A stretch of 59,958 bases of DNA, the filler included. It is 7 parts of 7 records of this genome, joined end to end, with 100 filler letters (N's around TTAATTAATTAA, not from the genome) between each part and the next. Parts side by side here need not be neighbours in the genome. Positions count along the whole stretch, not along the records: positions 42,169 to 50,487 come from SRR31147125_21918; positions 50,588 to 59,958 come from SRR31147125_21923; 5 more parts are not named here. One strand, given 5' to 3'. The position numbers and the translations under genes are program-made. Under the pieces are notes generated by a model. The model did not search any database. It was not told the origin of the DNA and was given only the letters and a program-made list of their open reading frames with translations. Positions within the stretch are counted from its first letter, which is position 1. Every line of letters begins with the position of its first letter. Of this stretch, positions 42,169 to 52,902 are shown piece by piece.

Positions 42169-42196
42169 CAGCCAACTTAAACGTTTAAGTTGGCTG
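42169..42196. promoter_or_regulatory. Perfect 28-bp palindrome; core resembles a LacI/ScrR operator
   Basis: CAGCCAACTTAAAC|GTTTAAGTTGGCTG, about 80 nt upstream of scrA. Confidence 0.45.
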
Positions 42197-42279
42197 GAAT
42201 TTGGCTTTTCTTTGTTTGAATATCTTATGATTTAATATTTAGTTAACAAAGTTTATAATAAATAGGAGGAAGTGTGTGT

Positions 42280-44169
42280 ATGAATTACAAAAAAATAGCA
42301 GAAGATATTCTGCAGCATATTGGAGGTAAGGGGAATATTTCCAGCGCCGCTCATTGTGCGACAAGATTAAGACTTGTCTTAAATGATGAAGAGGCTGTAA
42401 GTAAAGCTGAGCTTGAGAAGATGATGGAAGTAAAAGGATGCTTTAGTTCATCTGGTCAATTTCAAATTATACTGGGACAAGGGGTTGTTAATAAGGTATA
42501 TGCTGAGATGACGCAAGGTGCTGAGATAAAGGCTGTCTCAACAAGTGAAGCAAAAAAAGATGCAATGAAAAATATGAATGTACTTCAAAGAGTAGCTAGA
42601 ACTCTTTCAAATATTTTTGTACCAATTATACCAGCAATAGTTGCAAGTGGGCTACTAATGGGTCTTCTAGGTATGGGAAGTAGATTTGGTTGGTTTGACG
42701 CGTCTAGTAGCATATTCTCATTGTTAGATATGTTTTCAAATGCAGCATTTGTATTTTTACCAATGCTAATTGCCTTTTCTGCGGCAAAAGAGTTTGCTTG
42801 TAATCCTTATCTGGCAGCAGTATTAGGTGGAATACTTATTCACCCTGCACTACAAAATGCTTGGACAGTAGGTGGAGGAATCTCAGATTACATTGAACTA
42901 TTTGGTATGAAAATTGCAAAAGTTGGATACCAAGGAACAGTATTGCCAATTTTAATAGCTGTATGGATTATGTCATATGTAGAAAAGAATGTTAGAAAAG
43001 TGGTTCCAAATTCTTTAGATCTTATCTTAACGCCGTTTATTACAATACTAGGAACTGGATTTGTTTCTCTGTTTGTGATAGGACCTATGGGTAGAGCGCT
43101 AGGAAATGGGATATCATTTTCTTTAGATAAAATATTAAACACAGCAGGACCGCTTGCTGGGCTTATTTTTGGTGGATTATATTCTTCAATTGTTATAACA
43201 GGAGTGCATCACTCATTCCATGCTTTTGAAGCAGAGATGATAAAAAATATAGGTGGAAACTTTTTATTACCAGTTTGGTCAATGGCAAACATTGCCCAAG
43301 GTGGAGCAGCATTTGCGGTATTCTTTAAATCAAAGAATATCAAAACTAAAGCTGTGGCACTTCCATCGGCAACTTCATGTTTATTAGGAATTACTGAAGC
43401 TGCGATATTTGGATGTAACTTAAAACTTGTTAGACCGTTTATATCCGCTGCAATAGGTGGAGCAGCAGGTGGAGCGTATGTTGTGCTAACTAAGGTTTAT
43501 ATGACTGGGGTAGGAGTAACAGCAATACCAGGAGCTGCAATAGTCGCAAATGGAAGTCTTATGAACTATTTAATAGGTTTTGTTATCGCTTTTGGAACTG
43601 CTTTTGTTCTTACATATATTGCAGGCTTTAATGAAGAGACTAGTGAAAGTTCTTCAGTAGAAACAGCTGAACTAAAAGAGGAAACTAATAAAGAAGCTGA
43701 GAAAGTTGCGGAAGCAAAGATAGTTAATATCTATTCACCTTTAGACGGTGAAATTGTAGATTTATCTGAAGTACCTGACGAAGCATTTGCTGGAAAGATG
43801 CTTGGTGACGGACTTGCAATTATTCCACAGGGGAATATGATTTCGGCACCTTGTGATACTGATGATTTAGGAATATTTGAAACAAATCACGCAGTTACAT
43901 TCGACGTTGAAGGTTTAGAATTAATAGTACATTTTGGAATAGATACTGTAAAACTTGACGGAGAAGGTTTCGAGAGAATTGCTGAGGATGGAAGTGAAGT
44001 AGAAACAGGAGCAGATTTAGTTAAATTTGACCTTGATTACCTAAAAGAGAATGCAAAATCTGTTGTAACACCTGTAATAATAGCTAATATGGATGAAGCT
44101 GAAATATTAGAGAGAACCAGTGGTAAAGTAAAAACAGGAGATTTATTAATGAAAGTTAGAGTTAAATAA
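42280..44169 (+). CDS. scrA: PTS sucrose-specific EIIBCA
   Basis: AHCATRLRL, IVITGVHHSF, LLGITEAAIFG, EIIA domain (DEAF..KMLGDG, VHFGIDTV); adjacent to GH32. Confidence 0.9.
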   Translation: MNYKKIAEDILQHIGGKGNISSAAHCATRLRLVLNDEEAVSKAELEKMMEVKGCFSSSGQFQIILGQGVVNKVYAEMTQGAEIKAVSTSEAKKDAMKNMNVLQRVARTLSNIFVPIIPAIVASGLLMGLLGMGSRFGWFDASSSIFSLLDMFSNAAFVFLPMLIAFSAAKEFACNPYLAAVLGGILIHPALQNAWTVGGGISDYIELFGMKIAKVGYQGTVLPILIAVWIMSYVEKNVRKVVPNSLDLILTPFITILGTGFVSLFVIGPMGRALGNGISFSLDKILNTAGPLAGLIFGGLYSSIVITGVHHSFHAFEAEMIKNIGGNFLLPVWSMANIAQGGAAFAVFFKSKNIKTKAVALPSATSCLLGITEAAIFGCNLKLVRPFISAAIGGAAGGAYVVLTKVYMTGVGVTAIPGAAIVANGSLMNYLIGFVIAFGTAFVLTYIAGFNEETSESSSVETAELKEETNKEAEKVAEAKIVNIYSPLDGEIVDLSEVPDEAFAGKMLGDGLAIIPQGNMISAPCDTDDLGIFETNHAVTFDVEGLELIVHFGIDTVKLDGEGFERIAEDGSEVETGADLVKFDLDYLKENAKSVVTPVIIANMDEAEILERTSGKVKTGDLLMKVRVK

Positions 44170-44287
44170 ATTTTAACAGAAATTAATTAAATATATGAGA
44201 GAATTGTTGTTTAGAGAGATGGGTAAGAAGTCCTTGCATTATGAGGCTTCTTATTGCTGTATATATTATGGAATCAATGGGGGACAC

Positions 44288-45741
44288 ATGGAAAAGTTAA
44301 ATAAAGAGATTAAAGTAAAATTTAAAGATGCAATGAAAAATATAAAAACTGATAAGCAATATGGACAGAAATTTCATTTGACTCCTTCAATAGGACTTTT
44401 AAATGATCCAAATGGATTTATCCAATTTAAAGGTGTTTATCATCTTTTCTATCAATGGAATCCATTTGCCTGTGAACACGGATCAAAATTTTGGGGTCAC
44501 TACACAAGTGTAGATTTAGTAAATTGGACTCATGAAGAGGCAGCTCTTATACCAGACACTTATTTTGAGAAAAATGGATGTTATTCTGGAAGTGCAGTTG
44601 AAGATAATGGACTCATGAAACTAATCTATACTGGGAATGTGAAAAATACTGATGGTTCAAGAGATAGTTATCAATGTCTTGCTGAATCAATAGATGGATT
44701 TCAGATAGAAAAAAAGGTCCTGTTATGAAAAACCAACCAGAAGGATATACAAGACATTTTAGAGATCCCAAAGTATGGAAAAAGGATAGTACTTGGTATA
44801 TGGTTATAGGAACTCAAACAAGTTCTGAGGAGGGCTGTGTATTACTGTTTAGCTCTTTAGATCTAAGGGAGTGGAGTTTTGTAGCTAAAATGGCTGGAAG
44901 TCATATGAATGGACTTGATGACTTCGGTTATATGTGGGAATGTCCTGATCTCTTTGAATTAGAGGAAAAAGATATTTTAATAGCTTCACCGCAGGGGCTT
45001 AAGGTAGAAGGTGATTTGTATCAAAATATATTTCAATCGGGCTATTTTGTCGGAAAACTTGATTATGAAAGCGGAGTATACCAACATAATGAGTTTATTG
45101 AACTAGATAGAGGATTCGATTTTTATGCCCCGCAAACGATGATTGACGATAAAGGTAGAAGGCTTATGTTTGCTTGGATGGGAATGCCAGAAGAGGAAGA
45201 TCATCCCACAGTTGAAAACGGGTGGGTTCACTGTATGACACTTCCAAGAGAGCTAAAACTGATAGATAATAAGTTACATCAGCTTCCTGTTGATGAATTA
45301 AAAACTTTGAGGAAAAATGAGGTAGAATATAGTAATATTCTTATAAGCGACGATATTGCGAGCTTCTCTTCTATAAAAGGCGAAGTAATGGAACTTTATG
45401 TCGAGTTTGATCAAATGGAGGCGGAAAAATTTGGTGTAGATTTTAGAGTGTCAAAATTTGGAGATGAAAAAACTTGCCTGATTTGGGATGCTAAAGAGAA
45501 TAAATTGATTTTTGATAGAAATATGTCTGGAAAAGGTTATAAGGGAGTTAGAAAGGTTAAACTTTCTGAGTTAAAATCACTGCACTTATTTATAGATCAA
45601 TCCTCTGTAGAGATATTTGTTAATGGAGGAGAAGAGGTGTTTTCTGCTAGAATATATACTGCTAAAAAATCAGATAACATTAATTTCTACTCTCTAAATG
45701 GAGCAACTAAGATAAAAAGCATAAAAAAATGGGATTTATAA
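44288..45741 (+). CDS. scrB: Sucrose-6-phosphate hydrolase GH32 (frameshift in A run near 44710)
   Basis: LNDPNG, YSGSA, FRDPKV, MWECPD, DFYAPQT. Confidence 0.9.
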
Positions 45742-45774
45742 TAAATAAGGATGCGACAACGCATCCTTATTTAT
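45741..45774. terminator. Bidirectional terminator between scrB and MCP
   Basis: ATAAATAAGGATGCG-ACAA-CGCATCCTTATTTAT 15-bp stem between convergent genes. Confidence 0.8.
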
Positions 45775-45805
45775 AGTGCTATAGTAAATTATAGATTTTT
45801 AATAA

Positions 45806-47794
45806 TTAATTAGTTTTAAAATAATTTAAATCCTCTTTAAGTTTTGAAACAAGTGAGTTTAAATCATTAACAAGTTCAAGTTTTTCAGTTAAAGTTGTTT
45901 TGATATCATTTGAGATTTCGCTAGTTTCTATACTAATAGACTCAATTTCAGTAGAACTATCAGTTATAGTACCAATTGCCGATGTAATCTCTCTAGACGC
46001 CGACGCCTGCTCATTTGCAGAGTTAGCTAATTCTTTAATGTCATCGTTATTTTTTTCAGTAAGTTCCATTATTTTAGATATATTCTCTTTTGAAGCGACC
46101 ATTAACCTGATTCCGTCAAGAACCTTTTCGTTAACGACATCTCCCCCTTTTTCAACATTTTCAACTTCTAATTGAACGTTTGCAATTAATTCTTCGATTT
46201 TATCTGTTTCCTTGTTAGTTTGCTCAGCTAATTTTCTGATTTCGTCAGCTACAACACTAAATCCTCTACCTGCTTCACCAGCTCTAGCAGCTTCAATAGC
46301 AGCATTTAATGCAAGTAAGTTAGTTTGTTCAGCAATAGAGTTTATAGCAGTTATAATTTGCCCTATGTTTAAAGAGATATCTTTAAGTTTGCTTATTTGC
46401 TCATTTGTTTGAGAAACACTTTCATTTATCTCTTCCATACTATCAGACATATTTTCGATATCATCATAACTTCCTTTTGCAATATTAAAAGATTCATTCA
46501 TCGATTTAACGCTTATGGAAACATTTTCTGACATGCTATCACTTGTTGCGCTGATCTCTTCAAGGGCAGCTAAACTCTCTTCAGAGGAAGCAGTTTGGTT
46601 TCTAACATTATCTAATACATCACTAACATGTTTATCTAGCTGAATGATTCCTGATGCATTTGAACCACCGTGTACTACATCCTGCATAGCCTCTGTTAGT
46701 TGGTTATTGTCTTCTTCTACTTTTATAGATAAATCCTTTACATCTTTGATTATTTCGTTTAATTTGTCCATAAAGCTATTAAATTCATCAGATAACTCTT
46801 CAAGTTCATCGTTTGTTTTGATATTTATTTTTGCACTTAGATCTCCACTAGCACCAACTTTGAAGGTCTCAACAAATTTGTATATACTATTAATTAAAGT
46901 TTTTCTGAAATATAAATAAACTAGCATTGAAATTAGTGTAAAAACAAGAACAAGTATCATTATTAACGTTCTAATACTATTATATTTAGCTGATAACTTT
47001 TTATACGCAGCTCCACCAGCCATTATCCAGTCAGTTCCAGGAACCTCTTTATGGATTGCATACTTTTTTAATCCGTCCTGTGTTTTGTATGTTAAAAAGT
47101 TATTCTCGGTTTGACCAGAGAATACAGCTTCAAATTCTGGAGAAAGTTCAGTAATATCTTTCATCAAAATATCAGGATTTTTATGCGCAAGAATCATTTT
47201 ATTTTTATGCAGTAAGAATGCATATCCGCTGTCACCAATTTGCACACCTGTAACTTTTTTCTGAATAGTATCTAGATTAACATCAAATCCAATAACTCCA
47301 ATTTCTCTTCCTTTCTTAAAAAGTTTTTGAGAAATTGTTATCGTTAAGTTACCAGTTATAACATCTTCGTAAGGTTCTGTAATGAAAAGTCCTTCTTTTT
47401 CATCAATGGCATTGACATACCATTGACGTTTTGTAGGGTCATAGCCATCTGGCATTTTTGTTTCAGGTTGAATCATAAATTTTTTATTTTTGAATCCAAT
47501 ATAAAAGTAAGTATAAATACCGCCGCTCTCCTGGTTAATTCTATCAAAGAGCTTTGTAGCAGACCACCAACCATAATCATTAAATGCTTGCTTAAGAATA
47601 ATACTGTGAAGTTTAACATCCCTCAAAACTCCCTCTACATTCTCTACAGCATAATCAATACTTTCCTTTGATTCTTTCTTTGATGTTTCAATTGCATTCT
47701 TTAAACCTATTCTGTATGTTGAAATTCCCATGATTAAAATAGGAACAACAGACATTAGAAAAAGCAAAATAGGTATCTTTCTTTTTAGTTTCAT
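45806..47794 (-). CDS. Methyl-accepting chemotaxis protein with dCache sensor
   Basis: [57 protein letters not shown]. Confidence 0.96.
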   Translation of the reverse strand: MKLKRKIPILLFLMSVVPILIMGISTYRIGLKNAIETSKKESKESIDYAVENVEGVLRDVKLHSIILKQAFNDYGWWSATKLFDRINQESGGIYTYFYIGFKNKKFMIQPETKMPDGYDPTKRQWYVNAIDEKEGLFITEPYEDVITGNLTITISQKLFKKGREIGVIGFDVNLDTIQKKVTGVQIGDSGYAFLLHKNKMILAHKNPDILMKDITELSPEFEAVFSGQTENNFLTYKTQDGLKKYAIHKEVPGTDWIMAGGAAYKKLSAKYNSIRTLIMILVLVFTLISMLVYLYFRKTLINSIYKFVETFKVGASGDLSAKINIKTNDELEELSDEFNSFMDKLNEIIKDVKDLSIKVEEDNNQLTEAMQDVVHGGSNASGIIQLDKHVSDVLDNVRNQTASSEESLAALEEISATSDSMSENVSISVKSMNESFNIAKGSYDDIENMSDSMEEINESVSQTNEQISKLKDISLNIGQIITAINSIAEQTNLLALNAAIEAARAGEAGRGFSVVADEIRKLAEQTNKETDKIEELIANVQLEVENVEKGGDVVNEKVLDGIRLMVASKENISKIMELTEKNNDDIKELANSANEQASASREITSAIGTITDSSTEIESISIETSEISNDIKTTLTEKLELVNDLNSLVSKLKEDLNYFKTN

Positions 47795-48080
47795 TTTACC
47801 TCCTAAAACACTTGTACTTAAAATCCCGCATCTACCAACATTCTATTCCTGAATAGAGTTACATATTCAGGAATAAAGTACCACATTATACCACAAATCA
47901 TCTGTTTTGTATATATTTTTTGGAAGTTGAATACATTTTGTCAATGATTGCGAAAGTATAGCGTTTTATAGGGAAAATGCTTAGAAATATAAATATTTAA
48001 ATATATTTATGGTTTTGACATTTGGAATTTTAGGTAATATAATCTAATTAAATTAAGCTAAACTTAAGGAGGCATAAGAG

Positions 48081-48470
48081 ATGAAACTAAAAATTGAAAC
48101 AAGTAAGCGGAATCAGTTTATTGAAATCACACTTGATATTAAAGAGTTGATAACAAGAAATGGGTGGAATGATGGAATACTTCTACTGCATACCGTACAT
48201 ACAACTGCAGGTTTAACTATAAATGAGAATGCGGACCCAGATGTTAAGTCTGATATGTTGAGAGCTCTGGATGAGATAGTTCCCAATATAAGGTTCAGTC
48301 ATATGGAAGGCAATTCTGATGCACATATAAAATCAAGTCTGATGGGAGCTTCATTAACTATTCCAGTAACAGATGGAAAGGTAGATTTAGGGATATGGCA
48401 GGGGATTTACTTCTGTGAGTTTGACGGGCCTCGAGAGAGAACAGTAGTTGTTAAGTTTGTTGGGAAATAA
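48081..48470 (+). CDS. yjbQ: YjbQ family protein
   Basis: HTTAGLTINENADPDV, EGNSDAHIKSS, LGIWQGIYFCEFDGPR. Confidence 0.95.
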   Translation: MKLKIETSKRNQFIEITLDIKELITRNGWNDGILLLHTVHTTAGLTINENADPDVKSDMLRALDEIVPNIRFSHMEGNSDAHIKSSLMGASLTIPVTDGKVDLGIWQGIYFCEFDGPRERTVVVKFVGK

Positions 48471-48480
48471 TATTTAAATA

Positions 48481-48510
48481 AAAAAAACACCCTCGAAGTC
48501 GAGGGTATTT
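48481..48510. terminator. Terminator between convergent yjbQ and lipoprotein genes
   Basis: ACCCTCGA-AG-TCGAGGGT flanked by A/T runs. Confidence 0.7.
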
Positions 48511-48516
48511 GCTATT

Positions 48517-49701
48517 TTAAGAATCTAAATCAACATCAAGTAATTTTTCGACTTTATTAACATGACCTTGTAAATATTGGAATGTTGTTATGACATTTAC
48601 TGTATTTGATGCTATTACAGCAAAGTTCCCATAAGCTAATGATTTTGTATTGTAATCTACAAGAACTGGGTAAATATATTTATAATAATAAGTACTTGCA
48701 GTAGTATTACTTAAATCTAAACTTGCAATATTTTCAACTAGCAGTTCATAAGCATTGTCACAGTAAGCTAGTTCTAATTCTCCAGTTGAACTACTACCAG
48801 TTGGTGTAACAGATGAATAAGACATTAGCGCTTCATCTTGACTAGCAAAAGTAGTTTCTAATAGAGCAATATCAGAATCAGATACGTCACCACTACTTAA
48901 GTATGTTGAGTAATCACTTTTTAAATCAGTTAATAAAGTTTCAACTTGAGTGATAAAACTTGAACTATAATAATCATCACTAGCATATGCGGTAAACTCT
49001 TCAATTTCAGCCTCAAGAATATCGATCTTAGTTTGAAGTTCTTCATCATAATCTACGGATGTTAGTGAAATATTAATTTTACTAAGTAACTCTGTATTTT
49101 GCTGAAAGTCTTCAGTGAATATATAATATAGCTCTTCAATTTCCACATAATATGGGTTTCTACTATTATTAGTTTCAATTTGAGTTTTCATAGTATCAAT
49201 TGTAGTAATCAATTCATCCAAGTTAGTTAAATCCTCACTTCCTGTAGTACTATCTAGTTGAGAATAACGATTAGGATAAGTTAGAGCTGTGGATATTCTC
49301 TCTCTTGCACCCAAAACTTCATCATATGTAAAAATTCCCAAAGTATCGTCTATATAACTCTCTTTTGCATCCTCTAGATCGGTAGTTCTTTCAATTAAAA
49401 CCTGATTATCAAATATTTCTGTATAGATAACTTGTAATCTAGTTATGATATTAGTTTCCAAAAGTGATTTTAGAGTAGTTGTAGTTAGAACACTTTTAAA
49501 ATCACCCAGTTGATCAATATTAGATGCGATATTTGTTGAATACATTGTTACTTCATCGTCAGTGTATTCGTTATAACTGTCTAGCGAATTATATGAAGAA
49601 TCATTACTTCCATCTTTTTCTTCACAAGCACTAAATGTAATTAATAATACTATTAAAAAGATTACTTTAATTTTAATATTGCTTAATCTCACCTGCATCA
49701 T
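48517..49701 (-). CDS. Hypothetical acidic lipoprotein (likely helical)
   Basis: Lipobox TFSAC; D/E/S/T/Y-rich; no recognised domain. Confidence 0.75.
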   Translation of the reverse strand: MMQVRLSNIKIKVIFLIVLLITFSACEEKDGSNDSSYNSLDSYNEYTDDEVTMYSTNIASNIDQLGDFKSVLTTTTLKSLLETNIITRLQVIYTEIFDNQVLIERTTDLEDAKESYIDDTLGIFTYDEVLGARERISTALTYPNRYSQLDSTTGSEDLTNLDELITTIDTMKTQIETNNSRNPYYVEIEELYYIFTEDFQQNTELLSKINISLTSVDYDEELQTKIDILEAEIEEFTAYASDDYYSSSFITQVETLLTDLKSDYSTYLSSGDVSDSDIALLETTFASQDEALMSYSSVTPTGSSSTGELELAYCDNAYELLVENIASLDLSNTTASTYYYKYIYPVLVDYNTKSLAYGNFAVIASNTVNVITTFQYLQGHVNKVEKLLDVDLDS

Positions 49702-50095
49702 CTCCTAAATAAATGGTGATAGAGCTGGGTCTATTTGCAAAATTTAGTGTTAAATAACCTGACCTAGCCTGTTGAACTGACGGACTACTTGTATCATAGA
49801 AAGTCCAATATATTAGATAACTGATTGATTCATATAGTTGAACTTCTTCTCCAGCAGTCACTGAATCTCCAGAAAAATCTCCACCAGAAATAGTAATAGA
49901 TTCTAGGCCGGAATCTGCCATAACTGTTCCTTCGGGATCTTCTAATCCGGGATCAACGTCTGGTCCGTATGCTTGGAATTCAACTGTTATAGAATCATCT
50001 TCTACAGTTGCATATGCTGTTACTACGTCTTTTTCACAGCTACCCAGTATCAGAGCTCCTGCTAGTAGAAGTAGGTTAAATGTTTTTTTCATCAT
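49673..50095 (-). CDS. Hypothetical acidic lipoprotein (likely beta-rich)
   Basis: Lipobox ILGSC; GGGAGG RBS. Confidence 0.75.
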   Translation of the reverse strand: MMKKTFNLLLLAGALILGSCEKDVVTAYATVEDDSITVEFQAYGPDVDPGLEDPEGTVMADSGLESITISGGDFSGDSVTAGEEVQLYESISYLIYWTFYDTSSPSVQQARSGYLTLNFANRPSSITIYLGDDAGEIKQY

Positions 50096-50162
50096 TTTTA
50101 AAGCCTCCCCATTAATTGTATAACGGCTATTAAGTTTTAAACTGCCTTCTTATTCTTTATAT

Positions 50163-50189
50163 TTATCGGAAATATATTTGTAAAACTTA
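50163..50189 (-). promoter_or_regulatory. Candidate sigma28 promoter for lipoprotein pair
   Basis: Minus strand TAAG-N15-TCCGATAA. Confidence 0.5.
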
Positions 50190-50270
50190 ACATATAAATG
50201 AAGAAAATAGTGCAAAACTATAGAAAATTAAGAATTAATTGCTTATCGAACATATTGATAGATTTATTAT

Positions 50271-50486
50271 CTATTCTACTGACAGGTAATAATCATTTTT
50301 AGGGTTTACTTTGTAACTTTTATCAACTTGTTCTTTAAGTATTCTTTCATATGTTTTAAGCTGTTCTTCGTTATAATCACCAGTTTTGTAATCATAGACA
50401 TGTATAACTTTATTCTCGTCATCAATCGTGATTCTATCAAGAATATATTTCTTATTATCTATTGTATCAAATATTTCATATTCTGT
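50271..50486 (-). CDS. C-terminal PD-(D/E)xK nuclease domain of an AddA/RecB-like helicase-nuclease, partial; absent from ORF track
   Basis: Manual translation ...YILDRITIDDENKVIHVYDYKTGDYNEEQLKTYERIL... Confidence 0.75.
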   Translation of the reverse strand, partial: TEYEIFDTIDNKKYILDRITIDDENKVIHVYDYKTGDYNEEQLKTYERILKEQVDKSYKVNPKNDYYLSVE

Positions 50487-50487
50487 A

Positions 50488-50587
50488 NNNNNNNNNNNNN
50501 NNNNNNNNNNNNNNNNNNNNNNNNNNNNNNNTTAATTAATTAANNNNNNNNNNNNNNNNNNNNNNNNNNNNNNNNNNNNNNNNNNNN
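50488..50587. other. Artificial contig linker
   Basis: N44-TTAATTAATTAA-N44. Confidence 0.99.
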
Positions 50588-50788
50588 TTTTGCACGGCCG
50601 ATAATTTCACCGTATCTGACAATATTTTGATTAACACCGATATCGATCAACGCTATTTTATGACCGTTGGGAATGGTATCTCGGGCAATAAGATTCTTCG
50701 CTGCCTCCGCTCCTGTCCTCAGACCTTCATCAATAACGACTACAGCCACATTATCAGCAGCGTGAACTGTTATTATTTTCGCATACAT
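50588..50788 (-). CDS. Galactarate dehydratase GarD / UxaA family, N-terminal SAF domain (partial)
   Basis: VHAADNVAVVV...IPNGHKIAL...IVRYGEIIGRA. Confidence 0.8.
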
Positions 50789-50830
50789 GGACCAACTCCC
50801 AACAGTACAGTCGTAAGCAACCTCAAGCGC

Positions 50831-52335
50831 CTACGCTTTGCTGCCTTTTCTCGATGAATAGATTGAAAACCAGACTGAAACCAGGATCAATATCCATAAG
50901 AATACGGCAATGGGACTTTTCGTGAAGAATATCGTCAAGGAGCCAAAGGACTCGAGGCTTTTTACGAAATAAACTTCTGCGGATTTACCTAAAATGAAGC
51001 CAATGATGAACGGCGCAACTTCTATTCCCAGTTTGGATCCAATAAATCCCAGCACCCCGAAAATCAGCAGAGTCCAGACATCGAACATGATTCCATAATT
51101 GATCGCATAAGCGCCAACTACACACATCATGATAATAATTGGATAGAGAATATACTTGGGAACAGTTACAACCCTGGCGATATATTTGATGGCAAAAAAC
51201 ATGATCAGAAACATCGCGAAGTTTGCCGACAGCAGTGCCACGACCATCGAGTGCCAGATATCGATATTTTCACCAATAAACAGCGGCCCTACCTGCAGGC
51301 CCTGAAGGGTAAAAGCACCAATCAGTACGGCGGTAGTGCTGTCACCGGGAATCCCGAGGGACAGCAGCGGAACCAGAGCGCCGCCGGTGAGACCGTTGTT
51401 GGCCGATTCCGAGGCAATAACCCCCTCTGGAGACCCTTTACCGAGTTTTGACGGATCTTTAGAAAAGTTCTTCTGCTGAGTATAGGAAAGCACCGAGGCA
51501 GCGCTGCCACCCACTCCCGGCAACATGCCGACAAAAGTACCGATTGCCCCCGAACGAAACAGGTTGACAAACTGCCCTTTGAAAACGCTGAAACTGAATT
51601 TGCCCGCCTGGCTGGTTGCTGTGGACAATTTGGTACCGTTTACCAACTGGATTTCATCTTTTGCACCTTTCTCGGCCTCCTCCAGGATCGTCCCGAGACC
51701 AAACAGGCCTATCAGTACAGGCAACAGTGAAAAACCGGTCTCGAGGTGATATTCCATAAAGTCGAACATCAGCCGCGTTTCACCGTTGCCGCCGACCGAA
51801 ATGTCATACGTACCGATCAAACTGAACCAGATTCCGAGGACACCACTGAAGATACCCACCAGCATGCTTTTTTTGGAAAGAGATGCAATGACGGACAACG
51901 CAAAGAGGATAATCAGGAATTTCTCAATATAGGAAAATTTTATCGCAAAATCTGCCAGTACGGGGGCAAAGAAGAACAGGATGAAGACACTGAACAGGCC
52001 GCCGAACAGAGAAGATGTAATGCCTGTCTTCAGTGCTTTTTCGCCTTGCCCATTCTGAGTCATCGGGTAACCGTCGAATGTTGTCGTAATTGAAGAGGGT
52101 GTCCCCGGTATGTTCAGCAGAATAGCCGGGACCAGCCCACCGGAAATGCCACCCACATAGAGCCCCAGCAGCAATCCCAGCCCGTTCACCATATCAAGCG
52201 AATAGGTCAGAGGAAGGCACACTGCAACAGCCATGGTGGCAGTCATCCCGGGGATCGCACCAAAGACAATACCGACAATAACACCTGATACAACAAAGAA
52301 AAAAGCTCAGGCGACAGAAGGGATAAGAATTCCAT
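50831..52335 (-). CDS. TctA-family tripartite tricarboxylate transporter large permease (frameshift in A run near 52300)
   Basis: GAIPGMTATMAVA, IPGTPSS, SESANNG, LGIPGD; true start MEFLSLLSPEL at 52335 is out of frame by 1 nt. Confidence 0.9.
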
Positions 52336-52337
52336 AG

Positions 52338-52781
52338 TCAGGGTAAAGTAATGTTAAAAAGATTGCCGAGTATGTACCACGCCGATACCGGGGCAATAAT
52401 TGAATTCAAAAGTATGATTATCGTTTTTTTCTTATTTAAGTCATGCACATACAAAAAAGAAAGGCACATCATAAACGGGATTGATACGAGCAGAAAACCA
52501 AGTCCTGTGTTAGGAAAAAGTGTACCCACATAATCCATCAGGATAAAATAGATTGTTACCGCAAAAATGGTTCCGAACAACCTTATCCTGTCATAGTTCT
52601 CCTCAAAAAATCTGAGAGATTTTCGGCCTGATTTTATATCTTTTAGAAATTGCCTCCCGTATAGAACCACGATCAGGATAAATAGGATAAGCAACAGCCA
52701 CATGATGATCTTCGGAAAGAAGATGTGAGACTGCTCAAAATCGATACTGATTGAAAGAAGATTAGACACGCTGTCTCCCAT
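52338..52781 (-). CDS. TctB-family small membrane subunit
   Basis: 4 TM, FFPKII, LFNITLP end; between TctC and TctA. Confidence 0.85.
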   Translation of the reverse strand: MGDSVSNLLSISIDFEQSHIFFPKIIMWLLLILFILIVVLYGRQFLKDIKSGRKSLRFFEENYDRIRLFGTIFAVTIYFILMDYVGTLFPNTGLGFLLVSIPFMMCLSFLYVHDLNKKKTIIILLNSIIAPVSAWYILGNLFNITLP

Positions 52782-52849
52782 AAAGCCCCCGGGGGATAGA
52801 AATTTGGCTCGAGTAGTTTTTGGCCGACAGGCTCTATTCCTGGATTCAG

Positions 52850-52879
52850 AATGCGGGGGGATAAACGCACCCCCGCATT
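52850..52879. terminator. Hairpin after binding-protein gene
   Basis: AATGCGGGGG / CCCCCGCATT 10-bp IR. Confidence 0.6.
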
Positions 52880-52902
52880 TTCATAGATTAATAGACTTAC
52901 TG

